A stretch of 64,000 nucleotides of DNA, from the NCBI GenBank assembly GCA_963728545.1, contig CAVSKO010000002.1, forward strand, positions 1,580,477 to 1,644,476. Reading direction: 5' to 3'. The stretch is from Blastocatellia bacterium. GTDB lineage: Bacteria; Acidobacteriota; Blastocatellia; UBA7656. Of the stretch, positions 29,277-42,204 are shown piece after piece. The translations under genes were made by a program, and so were the position numbers. The notes below the pieces were generated by a model. It was not told the DNA's origin. It saw nothing but the letters and a program-made list of their open reading frames with translations, and made no database searches. Positions within the stretch are counted from its first letter, which is position 1; every line of letters begins with the position of its first letter.

Positions 29277-31103
29277 CTATTGACGATCCAGTTGATCGTT
29301 CAACGACTGGAGGTTTTGCGCTTCGGCCTTCGGCGCGTTGAACCGCAAGCCCATGTAATCAAAGTACTGGTCGAGCGTCATCGCGCTCACTACATCTTCG
29401 CTGATCGGCTTCGACTTGAGAAGCGGCGACACGCCGTATCGTAGCTCGTGCGCGCCCACCAGATAAACGTTGCGCCACGGGCCGGACTCGGCTTGATAAC
29501 CTAACTGCTCCAGCGCATCAGCCTGAAGAAGTTTCGCTTCAAGCGTCACCGGGTCGGGTGGATTCGGATTGGAGCTGTCGGGCGCGGCAAAGACTACGTG
29601 ATTGACTACTTCTACGACCCATCGATAATCGCCTTCGTCGTATGCTTGGTGTGCGCGGTCCAGCACTGCTCGCGCGCCGCCCATGTACTCGACGTACTTC
29701 CTCGACGCTGATACAGGCGGCAGCGAATGAAGCGTCGCCGGGTTGGCGTCGTACCATCCCAGATACCTCTGATAAACAGCCTTCGAGTCGTGATTGACTG
29801 TGCCGTAGTAACCTCGGTTGTACCACTCGTACGAGAGGCTCTCTGGCAGGGCGAGCATCTCTGACAGCTCGATCATCGTGCGGCCGTGGTTCAACAGACG
29901 CAGCGACTGGTCGTGAATATACTTGTAGAGGTCGCGCTGCTTCTTGAGGAAGTACAAAATATCTGAAGTGTCTTTCCACATAGGCCAGTGGTGCTGCGCG
30001 AAAAGGACATCGGTCTTTTTGCCGAAGAGTTGAATCGCCGTGTTGATCGTTTTCCACCAGGCCGCCGCATTGCGAACTTGCGCGCCACGCAGCGAGTAGA
30101 GGTTGTGCAGGTTATGCGTCATGTCTTCGGCCGCGCACAGCGCGTTGAACTGCGGGAAATGGAAGAGCATCTCGGCAGGCGCTTCGGTGTCGGGCGCTAA
30201 CAGGAAGACGAACTGCACGCCGTCGATGGAGCGAGTGTCGAGGGTTTCAGTGATTACGCAGCCGCTCGTGGGAGCGATCAATCCGCTCTGGCCTAGCGAG
30301 GTGGTCTTACCTAAGCCGCAGTCGATCTGCCCCTTGTCGCCCTTGTGCAGTAACGAGCCGTACATATAGGTGGCTCGGCGTGCCATCGCACTGCCGGCAT
30401 AAACGTTCTCGCTGACAGCGTGATCGAGAAATCCGTCGGGCGCGTAGATTTGGACTTTGTTTCGTAGGACATCTTCTTCGCTCACCACTCCTCTCACTCC
30501 GCCGTAGTGGTCGATGTGGCTGTGCGTGTAGATGATCGCGCGTACCGGCGCATTCGCCGGGTTGATGTTAAGGGCAGTGTAATAAAGGTTCAACGCCGCA
30601 CTGGCCGTCTCAGACGAGATGAGCGGATCGATGACGATGATGCCGTTGTCCGATTCGACTATCGTCATGTTCGAGAGATCGAAAGCGCGCACCTGATATA
30701 TACTCTTCGGCTTGTCGGCGCGTGTCGTTACCTTGAACAATCCGTTGCTCATGTTGATCTGCGCCTGGCGCCATAGGCTCGGATTGGCCGAGTAGGGCGC
30801 CTGTTGCGGCGGCGTCCCTAACAAGAACTGGTACTCATGCAGGTTCCAGATCGGGATAGGTGGAGCGGGAGGATTGTTATTTTTGATTATGACTTCATCG
30901 ACAGGCTGAGTAGTCACACTACCGCTGGCCGTTAGTGTGGCAATGAACCCTCTCTGCGCGTCGGTGTAGTCTTTCGTGTTTGCGAAGTTCAGCTCTTGGG
31001 CTACTTTTCGATTAGCTTCAATCGTGTAGGGGGAAGGCTCCTTGGGCAACTTGTCGCCCTGCCTAGATGTTGCTTCATTCGGCTCGTGAGGATTCTTGTC
31101 CAT
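29277..31103 (-). CDS. Alkyl/aryl-sulfatase (metallo-beta-lactamase fold, SdsA1/BDS1 family)
   Basis: IIYTHSHIDHYGG (HxHxDH), QHHWPMW, and the C-terminal SCP2-like region typical of this family. Confidence 0.8.
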   Translation of the reverse strand: MDKNPHEPNEATSRQGDKLPKEPSPYTIEANRKVAQELNFANTKDYTDAQRGFIATLTASGSVTTQPVDEVIIKNNNPPAPPIPIWNLHEYQFLLGTPPQQAPYSANPSLWRQAQINMSNGLFKVTTRADKPKSIYQVRAFDLSNMTIVESDNGIIVIDPLISSETASAALNLYYTALNINPANAPVRAIIYTHSHIDHYGGVRGVVSEEDVLRNKVQIYAPDGFLDHAVSENVYAGSAMARRATYMYGSLLHKGDKGQIDCGLGKTTSLGQSGLIAPTSGCVITETLDTRSIDGVQFVFLLAPDTEAPAEMLFHFPQFNALCAAEDMTHNLHNLYSLRGAQVRNAAAWWKTINTAIQLFGKKTDVLFAQHHWPMWKDTSDILYFLKKQRDLYKYIHDQSLRLLNHGRTMIELSEMLALPESLSYEWYNRGYYGTVNHDSKAVYQRYLGWYDANPATLHSLPPVSASRKYVEYMGGARAVLDRAHQAYDEGDYRWVVEVVNHVVFAAPDSSNPNPPDPVTLEAKLLQADALEQLGYQAESGPWRNVYLVGAHELRYGVSPLLKSKPISEDVVSAMTLDQYFDYMGLRFNAPKAEAQNLQSLNDQLDRQ

Positions 31104-31535
31104 ATGTACTCTCCTGTATGTAGATTAGGTTTGTAACCGTCTATTGCAATTTGCGAATGAGTGATTCTCTACGGAAAAGGCCAAATAATTTATATCACAG
31201 GCGGTGTATTAAATATCACAAACCTTCTCGGCTATCAAGCGGTCGTAAATACTGTTAGCAAACAGAGCACGCTGTCGTGTTGTGAAGCTGGCAATTGGCG
31301 CCTGCCCTGGAGCCGAGCAAAATAGGAGGAAGAACTTTATGAGCGATGTACTGATGTTGCAGAAATTCGATCTCACTTCCCCTCAGAATGGGTGTTGCCG
31401 TTTATATAATCTTCAAGCGTCGCCGTTCGGTCGCTGTAGCCGGGCGCGCGCCAATCGGTCATATAAACCGCAAAACCTTGATTGAATGAAGCTCCGCGCA
31501 GCAAGCTGCGCGGTATCGCGCGCGTGCGCGAGTCG

Positions 31536-31982
31536 TCAGAATAGTTCGAGTTGTTGATTATGCAATTGCTTATACTCTTTTTCCCTGCCCTGCTGCTTTA
31601 TGTACTTGCTGATCATCTGCTCGTTGCCGTGCTGTCCAACCGTGCTGATGTAATAGCCGTCCGTCCAGAACTCTCCGCCCCACAGTCTCTTCTTTACCTC
31701 CGGACACGCTGCAAAGATCTCCCTGGCCGTAATGCTCTTGATGATTTGTACGATCTTCTTCGGGCTGTACATCGGCACCGACTGCACCAGGAAATGGACG
31801 TGGTCTGTGTCGGTGCCTATCTCCAGAAACGTTATCTCATACCGCTTACTAATCTCAACACAAACCTCTTTGAGCTTCTGATCTACTTCGGAGCTAAATA
31901 TCACTCTGCGATACTTCGCTGGACAAACTATGTGGTACAGCAGTACCGAAACGTTATGGCTCTTATGTATGAAGCGGCTCAC
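31536..31982 (-). CDS. tnpA: IS200/IS605-family transposase TnpA (Y1 HuH transposase)
   Basis: SVLLYHIVCPAKYRR ... HVHFLVQ (HuH) ... Y near the C-terminus; 148 aa. Confidence 0.85.
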   Translation of the reverse strand: MSRFIHKSHNVSVLLYHIVCPAKYRRVIFSSEVDQKLKEVCVEISKRYEITFLEIGTDTDHVHFLVQSVPMYSPKKIVQIIKSITAREIFAACPEVKKRLWGGEFWTDGYYISTVGQHGNEQMISKYIKQQGREKEYKQLHNQQLELF

Positions 31983-32222
31983 TCATCCAGTATACTGACG
32001 CAGCAAGCTGCGGGGAACTAACCCCCTAGAGATTAGATACTCGACGTGGCTTTGCCCAAAAAGTCTATTAGTTGTATAAGCATCTTGAAAGTAAACCCAA
32101 GATGTTGCGCTTCACGCCGACTTTTTGGGCAAAGCCCATCAGAGACAGCGACATAGGCATACTGCGGGCCAACGCGGACGCCTTCCCTGGCCTGCCGCTC
32201 ATCCGCGTGGCGCCGGCTGCGG

Positions 32223-32474
32223 GCGGTCTCTTCAGCCGCGCTCATAGGCTTGCCTGACGACGTGTGGGGCGAAGCGCCCGTAGCGGTGATCGTGGCTCGC
32301 GACGGCAAAATGATCACCGACGACGAGATTGTAGAATTCTGCTCGGGCAGGCTCGCCAGGTATAAGATTCCCAAGCGCGTCTACTTCGTCAACGCGTTTC
32401 CACTCTCAGGCTCGGGCAAAGTCGTCAAGCAGCTTCTCAAAGAAGAGATTCAATCACCCAGGCACGCTACGTAA
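32223..32474 (+). pseudogene. 3' remnant (about 80 codons) of an AMP-binding acyl-CoA synthetase/ligase gene
   Basis: ...AALIGLPDDVWGEAPVAVIV...ITDDEIVEFCSGRLARYKIPKRVYFVNAFPLSGSGKVVK is the AMP-binding C-terminal domain. The upstream frame is not AMP-binding-like. It sits next to the IS200 tnpA. Confidence 0.5.
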
Positions 32475-32480
32475 AAAGAG

Positions 32481-32687
32481 ATGTCGGATCGAGAAAAAGC
32501 CTTTTACGCGCTCGCCGTGTTGTTTGCTATCAACACGATGAATTTCTGTGACCGCCAGATACTCGGCGCGGTCACAGAGCCGATTAGAAAAGAGTATCGT
32601 CTTCGGGCTGGCGGGCATTCCGGGGCTGATCTTTGGCGGCATAATAGGCGACCGCGTGATGAAGCGGCGATCAGCCCGGGAATATAA
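32481..32687 (+). pseudogene. N-terminal fragment of an MFS transporter
   Basis: AVLFAINTMNFCDRQILGAV is a typical MFS N-terminal motif. The frame is lost after about 45 codons. Confidence 0.3.
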
Positions 32688-35600
32688 ATTCCGGCGACAG
32701 CGCACGGTCCCTATTCCTTATTTGTATTCTGTCGCCAGCCTTGATCTTCTTGCCCGCCTTCTTGCCAATCAACCTTGTCGCCGGGCTCTGTCCATCGTTG
32801 CTGGTCTTCTGCTCTATCCCATTAATTATTATTACAGCCTTCTCACCAAAGTCCTCCCCGGAAATGAGTAACTTCTTGCCGCTGACCGTCGCGCTTATGA
32901 TTTTAGGCGTGCTGCTAAAGTACCGCAGTAGGGCGAAATCCCGGCCTCTATTTGCATTGCCTGTAAATGTCTGTCCACCCACTACGATCTTACCGTCATC
33001 TTGGATAGCAATGGCCTGAGCATGTAAGTGTTCAGACTACCGATTTTTGTGCGGTCAAAATCTTCCGGCAGGATTCATAAAGATCGAGTTCCAGCAATCG
33101 CCACGTCCCAAATAGTGATGCCAATATGCTCTTGGTTTCACTCCCCTTTGCGGATCGTGTGCCTCCGCTTATCTTGCGACTCACTACTGGTTCTCGCAGA
33201 CTTCGTTCCGCTGCGTTGTTATCTGCCGGCACTCGCGGGTCGGTCACGAACATAAACAATTCTGGCAGGAATCGCTCTATCCTCTCACAAAGCCTGCTCA
33301 TTGCTTGCTTCTTCTTCAAGTGCGGCTTGCACAACGCAAGCAATTCTTGCTCATACTTGCGCTGTGCTTTCACCCGCTCTGCTTTCTGATCTACTGGTCC
33401 TAGTCGCCGGTTCGGTCCCTTATATGCCTTTGCCCGATCATATACATCTTTCACTGCTTGTGCCCACCACTGCACACTTTCATCCTTTTCGTGCTCCCGC
33501 TTCAACTCTCGCACATCGCGCAACAAGTGAGTCCAGCATCGCTGGTGTGCCCCCTTGTGTACGTTGTAGCCAGCATAGAAATCCGTCACCAGAACGCCAT
33601 CGAACTCCTCGCCCAGCACCTCTTTGACTACTGTTTGAGAGCGCGTCTTTCGATAGAGGAAATATCTCACCGAAGGTGTTGAGAAACTCCATAAGTATCC
33701 GTTTCGCCCGTCCTCTCGCCACCCTGTCTCATCTCCGTTTACTACAGGAGAGCCACGTATTTTATTGCCTAATGCTTCGTAATCTGATTTCCCTCGTTCT
33801 GCCACTCCACGAACCAGTCCCACCAACTCGCCCGTGCTTAAAGCTAATGCCCATCGTCGTCTGAGGTAATCTTGAATGACTCTGAAAGGCAAACGGCACT
33901 GCTCACGCAAGACCGTCACTTCGCTTTGTACAGATATGCCGAAGCGTTGCTTTCCAACTACCATTGCTGAGAAGTCAACTTCGGGTGCCCAGCTTTGGTG
34001 GCACTGCGGGCAAGTCCTCTCGACTACTATATGTTCTACCACCTCTACTGAGGTTGGTGGCAACTCGATGACTCGGCGCACAGTGCCAACCCGTCCACCA
34101 CTTAAAGCGATATTACATAGCGCACATTGCTCAAAGGCATGATGGACTCGTCGGGTGACTTTATCGAGTGGCCGAGCGTATCCTTTGTTGCGTTTCTTGC
34201 GCGGCTTCTTCTCACGTTCCCGGCGATTGGCTTTTACAAAGGAAGGGGGATTGTTATTAGCTGATTGCTGACGCAGTCGCTCATTTTCGGCTTCCAACTC
34301 TTTGTTACGTTCTTCCAAGGTTTGCAAACGGATCAGGAGTTGTAAGACGAATTCTTTCAATTCGTCACGATTCGCGTTTTCCAGATCCACATTCACAGTT
34401 GAAGTCTACAACCTTTGTCAACAGCCGGTTGCTGCGCCCAACGCTCACCTCGGATTCTCGTCTGAGAACCGAAGTCTGAACACTTACCTGAGCATCTTGA
34501 AATAGCCCGGACAAAGTGGTAGCAATTATGCCGTCGGAGCCGAACGTAGTGTTGAGGCTGCCTTCCGAATTGTAACGCGCCAGCGCAAATCTCGATTCGA
34601 AGGCTATACCTTCGTTAATTGTCTTCCCGGCCACTACGATCTTTCCATCGAACTGGATCGCGGCAGCGAAACCTAGATCCGTACTGCTAAATCGCCCATC
34701 AACATTCTTGAAGAGGTCACTACTGACCTTCCCCTCGGAGCCGAACGTAGTGTTGAGGCTTCCGTTCCTGTTGTACCGGGCCAGGGCGAAGTCCTTGCGT
34801 TCGAAAAGATTCTCGGCATACCCTGCTAAAACAATTCTCTCATCCGGCTGTATCATCATGCTGAAGGCGAAATCTTCTCTGCCAAAGAAGTCAGTAGTGA
34901 CCAAACCGCCGGAACCAAAACTGGAGTCCAGGCTGCCATCGCTGCGGTAGCGAGCAACGGCGAAATCAGTTGACGTGAGGGTGTTGGGGTTGTTTACCCG
35001 CCCTGCTACAACAATCCTCCTGTTAGAATCTATGGCGATTGCATGGATCGACTGGCCGCTGCCAAAGAAGTTAGTAACAACCTTACCGCCGGAGCCGAAC
35101 GTAGTGTTGAGGCTTCCGTCCGGGTTAAAACGGGCAAGGGCAAACCTCGCAAAACTCTGTCCGGCGACGACGATCTTGCCATCAGGCTGGATGGCGACAC
35201 TCGTAGCTATTTCAGGGAGTCCGCCGAAATCAGCAATGGCCGCGCCATTGGAGCCAAAAGTGGAATCAAAACTCCCATCGGGGTTGTAGCGTGCAACAAC
35301 GAAATCATTGCCTGTTGCGTCATTAAATATCCGCCCGGCAACGACGATCTTGCCATCGGGCTGGAGGGCCACAGCGTAAGGTTCGGTCAAAGTATTAAGG
35401 AACCTGATATTGACCTTGCCGCCGGAGCCAAAACTGAAGTCGGGCGCGCTATCAGTGTTGTAGCGCGCGAGCGCAAAATTCCCTGTCCCAAACCCTACCG
35501 CAATAATCTTACCGTCGGGTTGGATGGCTAGGGCCTTAAGTTCATCACCGTTGTTGAAGTCAGTATTGACCAGACCTCTATCACCGAAAGTGAAATCAAG

Positions 35601-35750
35601 ATCACCACCAGCAGCTTGCACAAGATTTTGCTGAGGCCAGCATAAAAGTAAGAAAAGAGTCAATACAAGAAGCAGCCGCGATATTCGCGCTACAGTGATA
35701 AGAAAGCGCCAGCGCTGAAATAATGATTTGCTCATATGATTCTTCACCAT
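32671..35750 (-). pseudogene. Delta-60-repeat beta-propeller protein gene, interrupted by IS66-A (N-part 35750->34496, C-part 33015->32671)
   Basis: The N-part carries repeated D(G)SLD.SFGSGG.V and FALARY motifs. Removing the IS and one copy of the 8-bp duplication restores the frame: ...GLFQDAQ|AIAIQDDGKIVVGGQTFTGNANRGRDFALLRY... Confidence 0.6.
33024..34487 (-). mobile_element. IS66-family element A (single transposase ORF 33032-34396) with a perfect 8-bp target duplication CTGAGCAT
   Basis: Ends GTAAGTGTTCAGACT / AGTCTGAACACTTAC (GTAA... termini). CTGAGCAT sits at 33016-33023 and 34488-34495. The transposase has GYLWSF and CWTHLLRD (IS66 TnpC-like). Confidence 0.75.
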
Positions 35751-35824
35751 CTAATGTGTTAACAGGGTTCGGGTAAGCAATCTTACCATACAATGAAATC
35801 AGCCTGCACTTTATTCATTGAAGA

Positions 35825-37267
35825 GTAACTGTTCAGACTCTGATGCGGGGATGAGGCTTGGGCTAGTTGACAACGGGTGTAAACTTCGTGCGTGATGCTC
35901 GACCTCCAACAGGCCACCCGCGAAGAACTGATCCATCTCAACTTGCAGTTGGTCGCTCAACTTCAACTCTTACAAGAGCGCGTCAAGCAATTGGAAGCAG
36001 AATTAGAGTCTTTGCGCGGCGGTGGCTCCAAAAGCAATCCTCCAAGCTTCGTTAAGGCAAACCGCCCTGTTCGTAGTAAGAAAAAGAAGCGCAAGAAACG
36101 TGCGCACGGCTTCGCACGCAAGCTTGATGCTGCTACTGCGCGTGTCGAGCACTCCCTTGAGCAATGCCCACAGTGTCAGGTATCGCTCAGGGGGCGACGA
36201 GTGATCAAGTCTCGCCAGGTTATTGAGCTTCCACCAGTTCAAGCCCAGGTCGTAGAGCACATCCTTATAGAGCGTGGTTGCCCGAACTGCCACAAGCGGT
36301 GGGCACCACCGATGGATTTATCAACAGTAGCTGTAGGCTCTCAGCGTTTCGGTATCAGTGTGCAAGCTGAGGTGACGCTACTGCGTGAGCAATGCAGGCT
36401 TCCTTTTAGAGTTATACAAGACTATCTCCGCCACAGATTCGGCCTCAGAATAAGTGTCGGCAAGTTGGTAGCTTTAGTTGAGGGGGTGGCCCGAAGTGGC
36501 AAAGCGATAGTGGAAGGTTTCAAGCAGCAGATTCGGGGTTCTCCCGTAGTAAATGGGGATGAAACGAGTTGGCGAGAAGATGGGCTAAACGGGTATGTGT
36601 GGAGTTTCTCGACCGACAAGATTAGGTACTACATTTACCGCAAGAGTCGTTCGGCAACAGTAGTGAAAGAAGTCTTGGGCGAGGAGTTCGATGGTGTTTT
36701 AGTGAGTGATTTCTATGGCGGGTACAACGCGCATTTGGGGCTACATCAGCGATGCTGGATACACCTGCTGAGAGATATACACGAACTGAAGGAAAAGCAT
36801 GCCGATGACAGGAAGTTGAAGAAGTGGGCACAAGCAGTCAAAGCAATCTATGAGGGAGCAAAGCAGTATAAGGGGCCAAGCGCGAGGCTCGATGCGGTAG
36901 AGCAGAAACAGCAGCGAGTAAAGCGGCAGCGAGAGTATGAGCAAGAGTTGATGAGAGTGTGCCGACCGCACCTAAAGAAGAAGAGACTACAGAGCAGGCT
37001 TTGCGAAAGAATAGAGCGGTTCCTACCAGAATTGTTTATGTTTGTGGCAGACGCAAGAGTGCCCTCAGACAATAATGCAGCAGAGCGGAGTGTGAGACAT
37101 CTAGTGGTGAGTCGCAAGATCAGCGGAGGGACGAGGTCGGAGAAAGGAAGTGAGACCAAGAGTATACTGGCATCACTGTTCGGCACATGGAGACTGCGAC
37201 AGGTCAATTTCTATCAATCCTGTCTGGATTTACTTACAGCAAACAATCCGACACTCTGAACAGTTAC
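35825..37267 (+). mobile_element. IS66-family element B (transposase 35892-37259, about 60% aa identical to A) with a perfect 8-bp target duplication ATTGAAGA
   Basis: Ends GTAACTGTTCAGA / TCTGAACAGTTAC. ATTGAAGA sits at 35817-35824 and 37268-37275. The transposase has GYVWSF and CWIHLLRD. Confidence 0.75.
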
Positions 37268-37448
37268 ATTGAAGAATATAACTCAAATTACGTTATCAGG
37301 CGCCACCTCAACCGCCGCGAGCCGGGAGCGAGTTGCGCGCCCATTATCTTGCATTCAACCGGCGCGCAAAAAGCTCAAACGGATCATTTCCGCTATCTTT
37401 GTTTTCAATCTCGAATAAAATTAAATCGGTGGACCGAAGGAGAATGCT

Positions 37449-40235
37449 ATGCCGCGAATAGAGCCATTGTGGAGAGCCGAAGATCAGGCCGAGCGGCTCC
37501 AGGAACTGACGAGCGATGACGCGCAGCTGAAAGAGATGCCGCTACGCCGCGACGTTCGCTCGCTCGGCCGCTTGCTGGGTGAAGTGATTAAAGAGCAAGC
37601 AGGCCACGAGCTTTTCGATGCTGTCGAACAGCTTAGGCTGCTCGCCATCAAGCATCGTGAGTTGCAAGACAATCAAAACCTGGAGCCGCCTGGCGAGTAT
37701 GAGTTGATGGGTTGCGCGAGGGAAATCGTCAGCCGTATGACGATAAAGCAGGCGTACCAAATGACCAAAGCCTTCGCGACTTACTTTGAATTGATTAACC
37801 TTGCCGAGACGAATCATCGCAAGCGCCGCCGCCGCGCGCACGAGCTAAAGCCTGATCGCCGGCCCGAGCCGGGCACCTTTCGCGGTACGCTCATTCGCGC
37901 GCGCGATGCGGGCATCGCAGCAGAAGAAGCTCTCGCATGGCTCGGTCGAATAAAAGTCACCCCTGTTTTCACCGCCCACCCGACAGAAGTCGCGAGGCGA
38001 ACGGTGCTGTTCAAGCGCGACCGCATCGCAAAAGAAATAGAGGGCCTCGACCGCCTCCCGCTTTCAGACGCCGAAGCCGCACGGCGCGAACAGTCAATCG
38101 CAGCGGAGATAACCGCGCTGTGGCAATCCGATGAAGTGCGCCGTCGCCAGCCGACCGTGAGCGACGAAATCAGAATGGGACTCGCTTATTATCCGGCGGT
38201 ACTGATCGCGACACTTCCGAAAATCTATGACGAGATGGCCGATGCGTTCCGGCAAGTCTACGGGTTACAAATATCTGCGGGCGATTTGCCGACGGTCGTA
38301 ACATTTGGCTCGTGGATTGGCGGCGACCGTGACGGCAATCCTTTTGTTACCGCCCGGTCAACCCGCGAGGCGCTTGAGATGGCGCGCCAGACAATCCTCG
38401 ATCATTACATAAAGGCCATGCAAGAGCTGGTGAGATTACTCAGCCCCTCCACGTTTCAAACCGGGGCGTCTGAACACCTAAAGCGCGCGCTCAATAATGC
38501 TCAAGCGCGCATATCTGTTAACCAGGCAGAGGTAGAGCGTCGCACGCAGGCGGAAGTCTATCGCCGCTTCCTGCTTTACTTGCATAGCCGCTTGCAGGCA
38601 ACGCGCGACGAGCCGCATCACGAGGACGCTTACCAGGACGCGGGTGAATTCGCTGCGGACGTAAAGTTAATCCGCGACAGCCTCACCGAAAATCGCGGCG
38701 AGCATCTCGCCCGTGCGCTGCTCGATCCCTTGCTCCGACAGGTCGAGACGTTCGGTTTTCATCTGCAAACGCTCGATATTCGACAGCACTCGCGCGAGCA
38801 TCGCAAAGCGGTCTCCGAGCTTGCGAGCGCAGCCTTGCTCAACAAAGACTCTAGCCTCGAATTACCCGCAACGCCGTCCGAGCAAACCACGGCGCTACTG
38901 GAGACGCTGCGCAGCGTTGCCGAACTGAAACGCCGATTCCCTCCACAGGCAATTCGTTATTACGTCATCAGCGGCGCGCAATCGGCAGAAGACATTTTGC
39001 AGACGGTATGGCTGTCGGGGGCCTGCGGCATTCGCGTGGCGGGATCGGCAAAGGACAAAAGCGCGGGCCTGATGCCGGTGCCGCTGTTTGAATCCATCGA
39101 AGACCTGCGTAACTGCCCCGAGATTTGCCGGAGACTTTGGACCTCGCCAGATTACGCGCGGCTGCTCGATTCGTGGGGCTGGCGGCAGGAAGTTATGCTC
39201 GGTTATTCGGATTCGAACAAAGACGGCGGGATGATGACGAGCACATGGGAGATCTACAAGGCGCACCGCGAACTGCACCGGGTGGCAGACGCATGCAAAG
39301 TGAAGCTGCGGATATTCCACGGTCGCGGCGGCACCGTCGGCCGCGGCGGCGGGCCTACACACCGCGCGATAGTTGCACAGCCCAAAGACGCGTTCAGCGG
39401 CGAGATAAGAATCACCGAGCAGGGCGAGGTGTTGAATTGGAAATACTCCGACGCTATCTTAGCCGAGCGCAATCTGGAATTGATAGTAGCCGCTTCGTTC
39501 GAAGCCCTTGTGCGGCCCGGCCAGTTGGGAAGAGATGAAAGCGAGTGGGAAACGGCGATGGATCAGATGTCTGAAGATGCGTTCCGATTCTATCGAGAGA
39601 AGGTAGCCGACAGCCCTGACACAATGCCGTACTTCGAGCAGGCGACGCCCGTGCTTGAATTTGATCAAGTGAAGATCGGCTCGCGCCCAGCGCGACGAAG
39701 CAGGCGTCGCGGGTTACAGGATTTGCGAGCAATCCCCTGGGTCTTCGGATGGATGCAGAGCCGTCACGTTCTGCCGGCGTGGTTCGGGGTAGGCTACGCG
39801 CTCGAACGCTTCAGAAGCAGCCGCGCAGATGGCGAGCGATTGCTTCAAGAGATGTTGCGCGATTTCCCGCTTTTTGAAGACCTGATTCGCAACGTCGAAT
39901 TAGGAATGGCGAAAGCCGATCTTACAATCGCGCGAGTGTATGCCGGGTTGGTGGAGGACAGCAGCATGCGTGACCGAGTGCTCGGGATGATTGCTGAAGA
40001 GTTCGAGCGAACGCGCCGTGAGATACTGCGCGTGAGCGGGCAACAGCAGCTACTTGAAGCCAGCCCGGTGCTGGCTCGCTCGATTCGTTTGCGCAATCCG
40101 TATGTTGATCCGATGAGCTTGATTCAAGTTGACTTGCTTCGCCGCAAGCGCGCCGGTGAAGAAAGCGATGAACTCAATTATGCGCTCGCGGCAACAATCA
40201 ACGGCATCGCTGCGGGCTTGCGCAATACAGGTTGA
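37449..40235 (+). CDS. ppc: Phosphoenolpyruvate carboxylase
   Basis: VFTAHPTE; C-terminal FHGRGGTVGRGGGP; 928 aa. Confidence 0.9.
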   Translation: MPRIEPLWRAEDQAERLQELTSDDAQLKEMPLRRDVRSLGRLLGEVIKEQAGHELFDAVEQLRLLAIKHRELQDNQNLEPPGEYELMGCAREIVSRMTIKQAYQMTKAFATYFELINLAETNHRKRRRRAHELKPDRRPEPGTFRGTLIRARDAGIAAEEALAWLGRIKVTPVFTAHPTEVARRTVLFKRDRIAKEIEGLDRLPLSDAEAARREQSIAAEITALWQSDEVRRRQPTVSDEIRMGLAYYPAVLIATLPKIYDEMADAFRQVYGLQISAGDLPTVVTFGSWIGGDRDGNPFVTARSTREALEMARQTILDHYIKAMQELVRLLSPSTFQTGASEHLKRALNNAQARISVNQAEVERRTQAEVYRRFLLYLHSRLQATRDEPHHEDAYQDAGEFAADVKLIRDSLTENRGEHLARALLDPLLRQVETFGFHLQTLDIRQHSREHRKAVSELASAALLNKDSSLELPATPSEQTTALLETLRSVAELKRRFPPQAIRYYVISGAQSAEDILQTVWLSGACGIRVAGSAKDKSAGLMPVPLFESIEDLRNCPEICRRLWTSPDYARLLDSWGWRQEVMLGYSDSNKDGGMMTSTWEIYKAHRELHRVADACKVKLRIFHGRGGTVGRGGGPTHRAIVAQPKDAFSGEIRITEQGEVLNWKYSDAILAERNLELIVAASFEALVRPGQLGRDESEWETAMDQMSEDAFRFYREKVADSPDTMPYFEQATPVLEFDQVKIGSRPARRSRRRGLQDLRAIPWVFGWMQSRHVLPAWFGVGYALERFRSSRADGERLLQEMLRDFPLFEDLIRNVELGMAKADLTIARVYAGLVEDSSMRDRVLGMIAEEFERTRREILRVSGQQQLLEASPVLARSIRLRNPYVDPMSLIQVDLLRRKRAGEESDELNYALAATINGIAAGLRNTG

Positions 40236-40439
40236 TGAGGCCTTATACCACTTGGCAAGCTTAAAGTAGTAATGCGTTCCGATCCCCGCGACTTTTCAGG
40301 ACGATAAAAGAAGATTCCCTAGACGCTTGGAAACAAAGGCGAGCAGGAAAGGGGCATGAAAGAGAAGCTACCGCGGGCTCGGGTTGAATAACTTGTTGGG
40401 CGCGGCGTGGTGGGCAATATAGCGCCTGGCAATTTATAC

Positions 40440-41882
<1,443 letters not shown>

Positions 41883-42204
41883 TCACTCTTTATGGATGAA
41901 TCTTTCACGTTAGAAAGCGCATTCATAATGTACACAATTATTCTATTGATGGTCGAGCTATAAAGGTGGTTGTGGCGCAAGCCTGGTGAGAGGAGCGAGG
42001 ATTCTTTAATTTGTGATCTGTCTTATGCTGCCAATACTGCCTCCCGCGGATCTAAGTCTCGGCGACTCTCCAGGATGTGTCTACCGTAAGATTGCACCAC
42101 AACCTCTCCATTAACCTGACAATACCAATCGAGAGGGAGATTTCCGGGGCGAGAAACTATTCCTCTAAAAGGTGATATAATCTGCGCGGCTTAAAGGTTC
42201 ATCT

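Noticed and set aside
31282-31485. ORF 31282-31485 as the missing 5' part of the AMP-binding ligase split by IS200
   Set aside because: Its translation has no AMP-binding motifs. The ligase is represented only by a 3' remnant, so a deletion, not a simple insertion, occurred.
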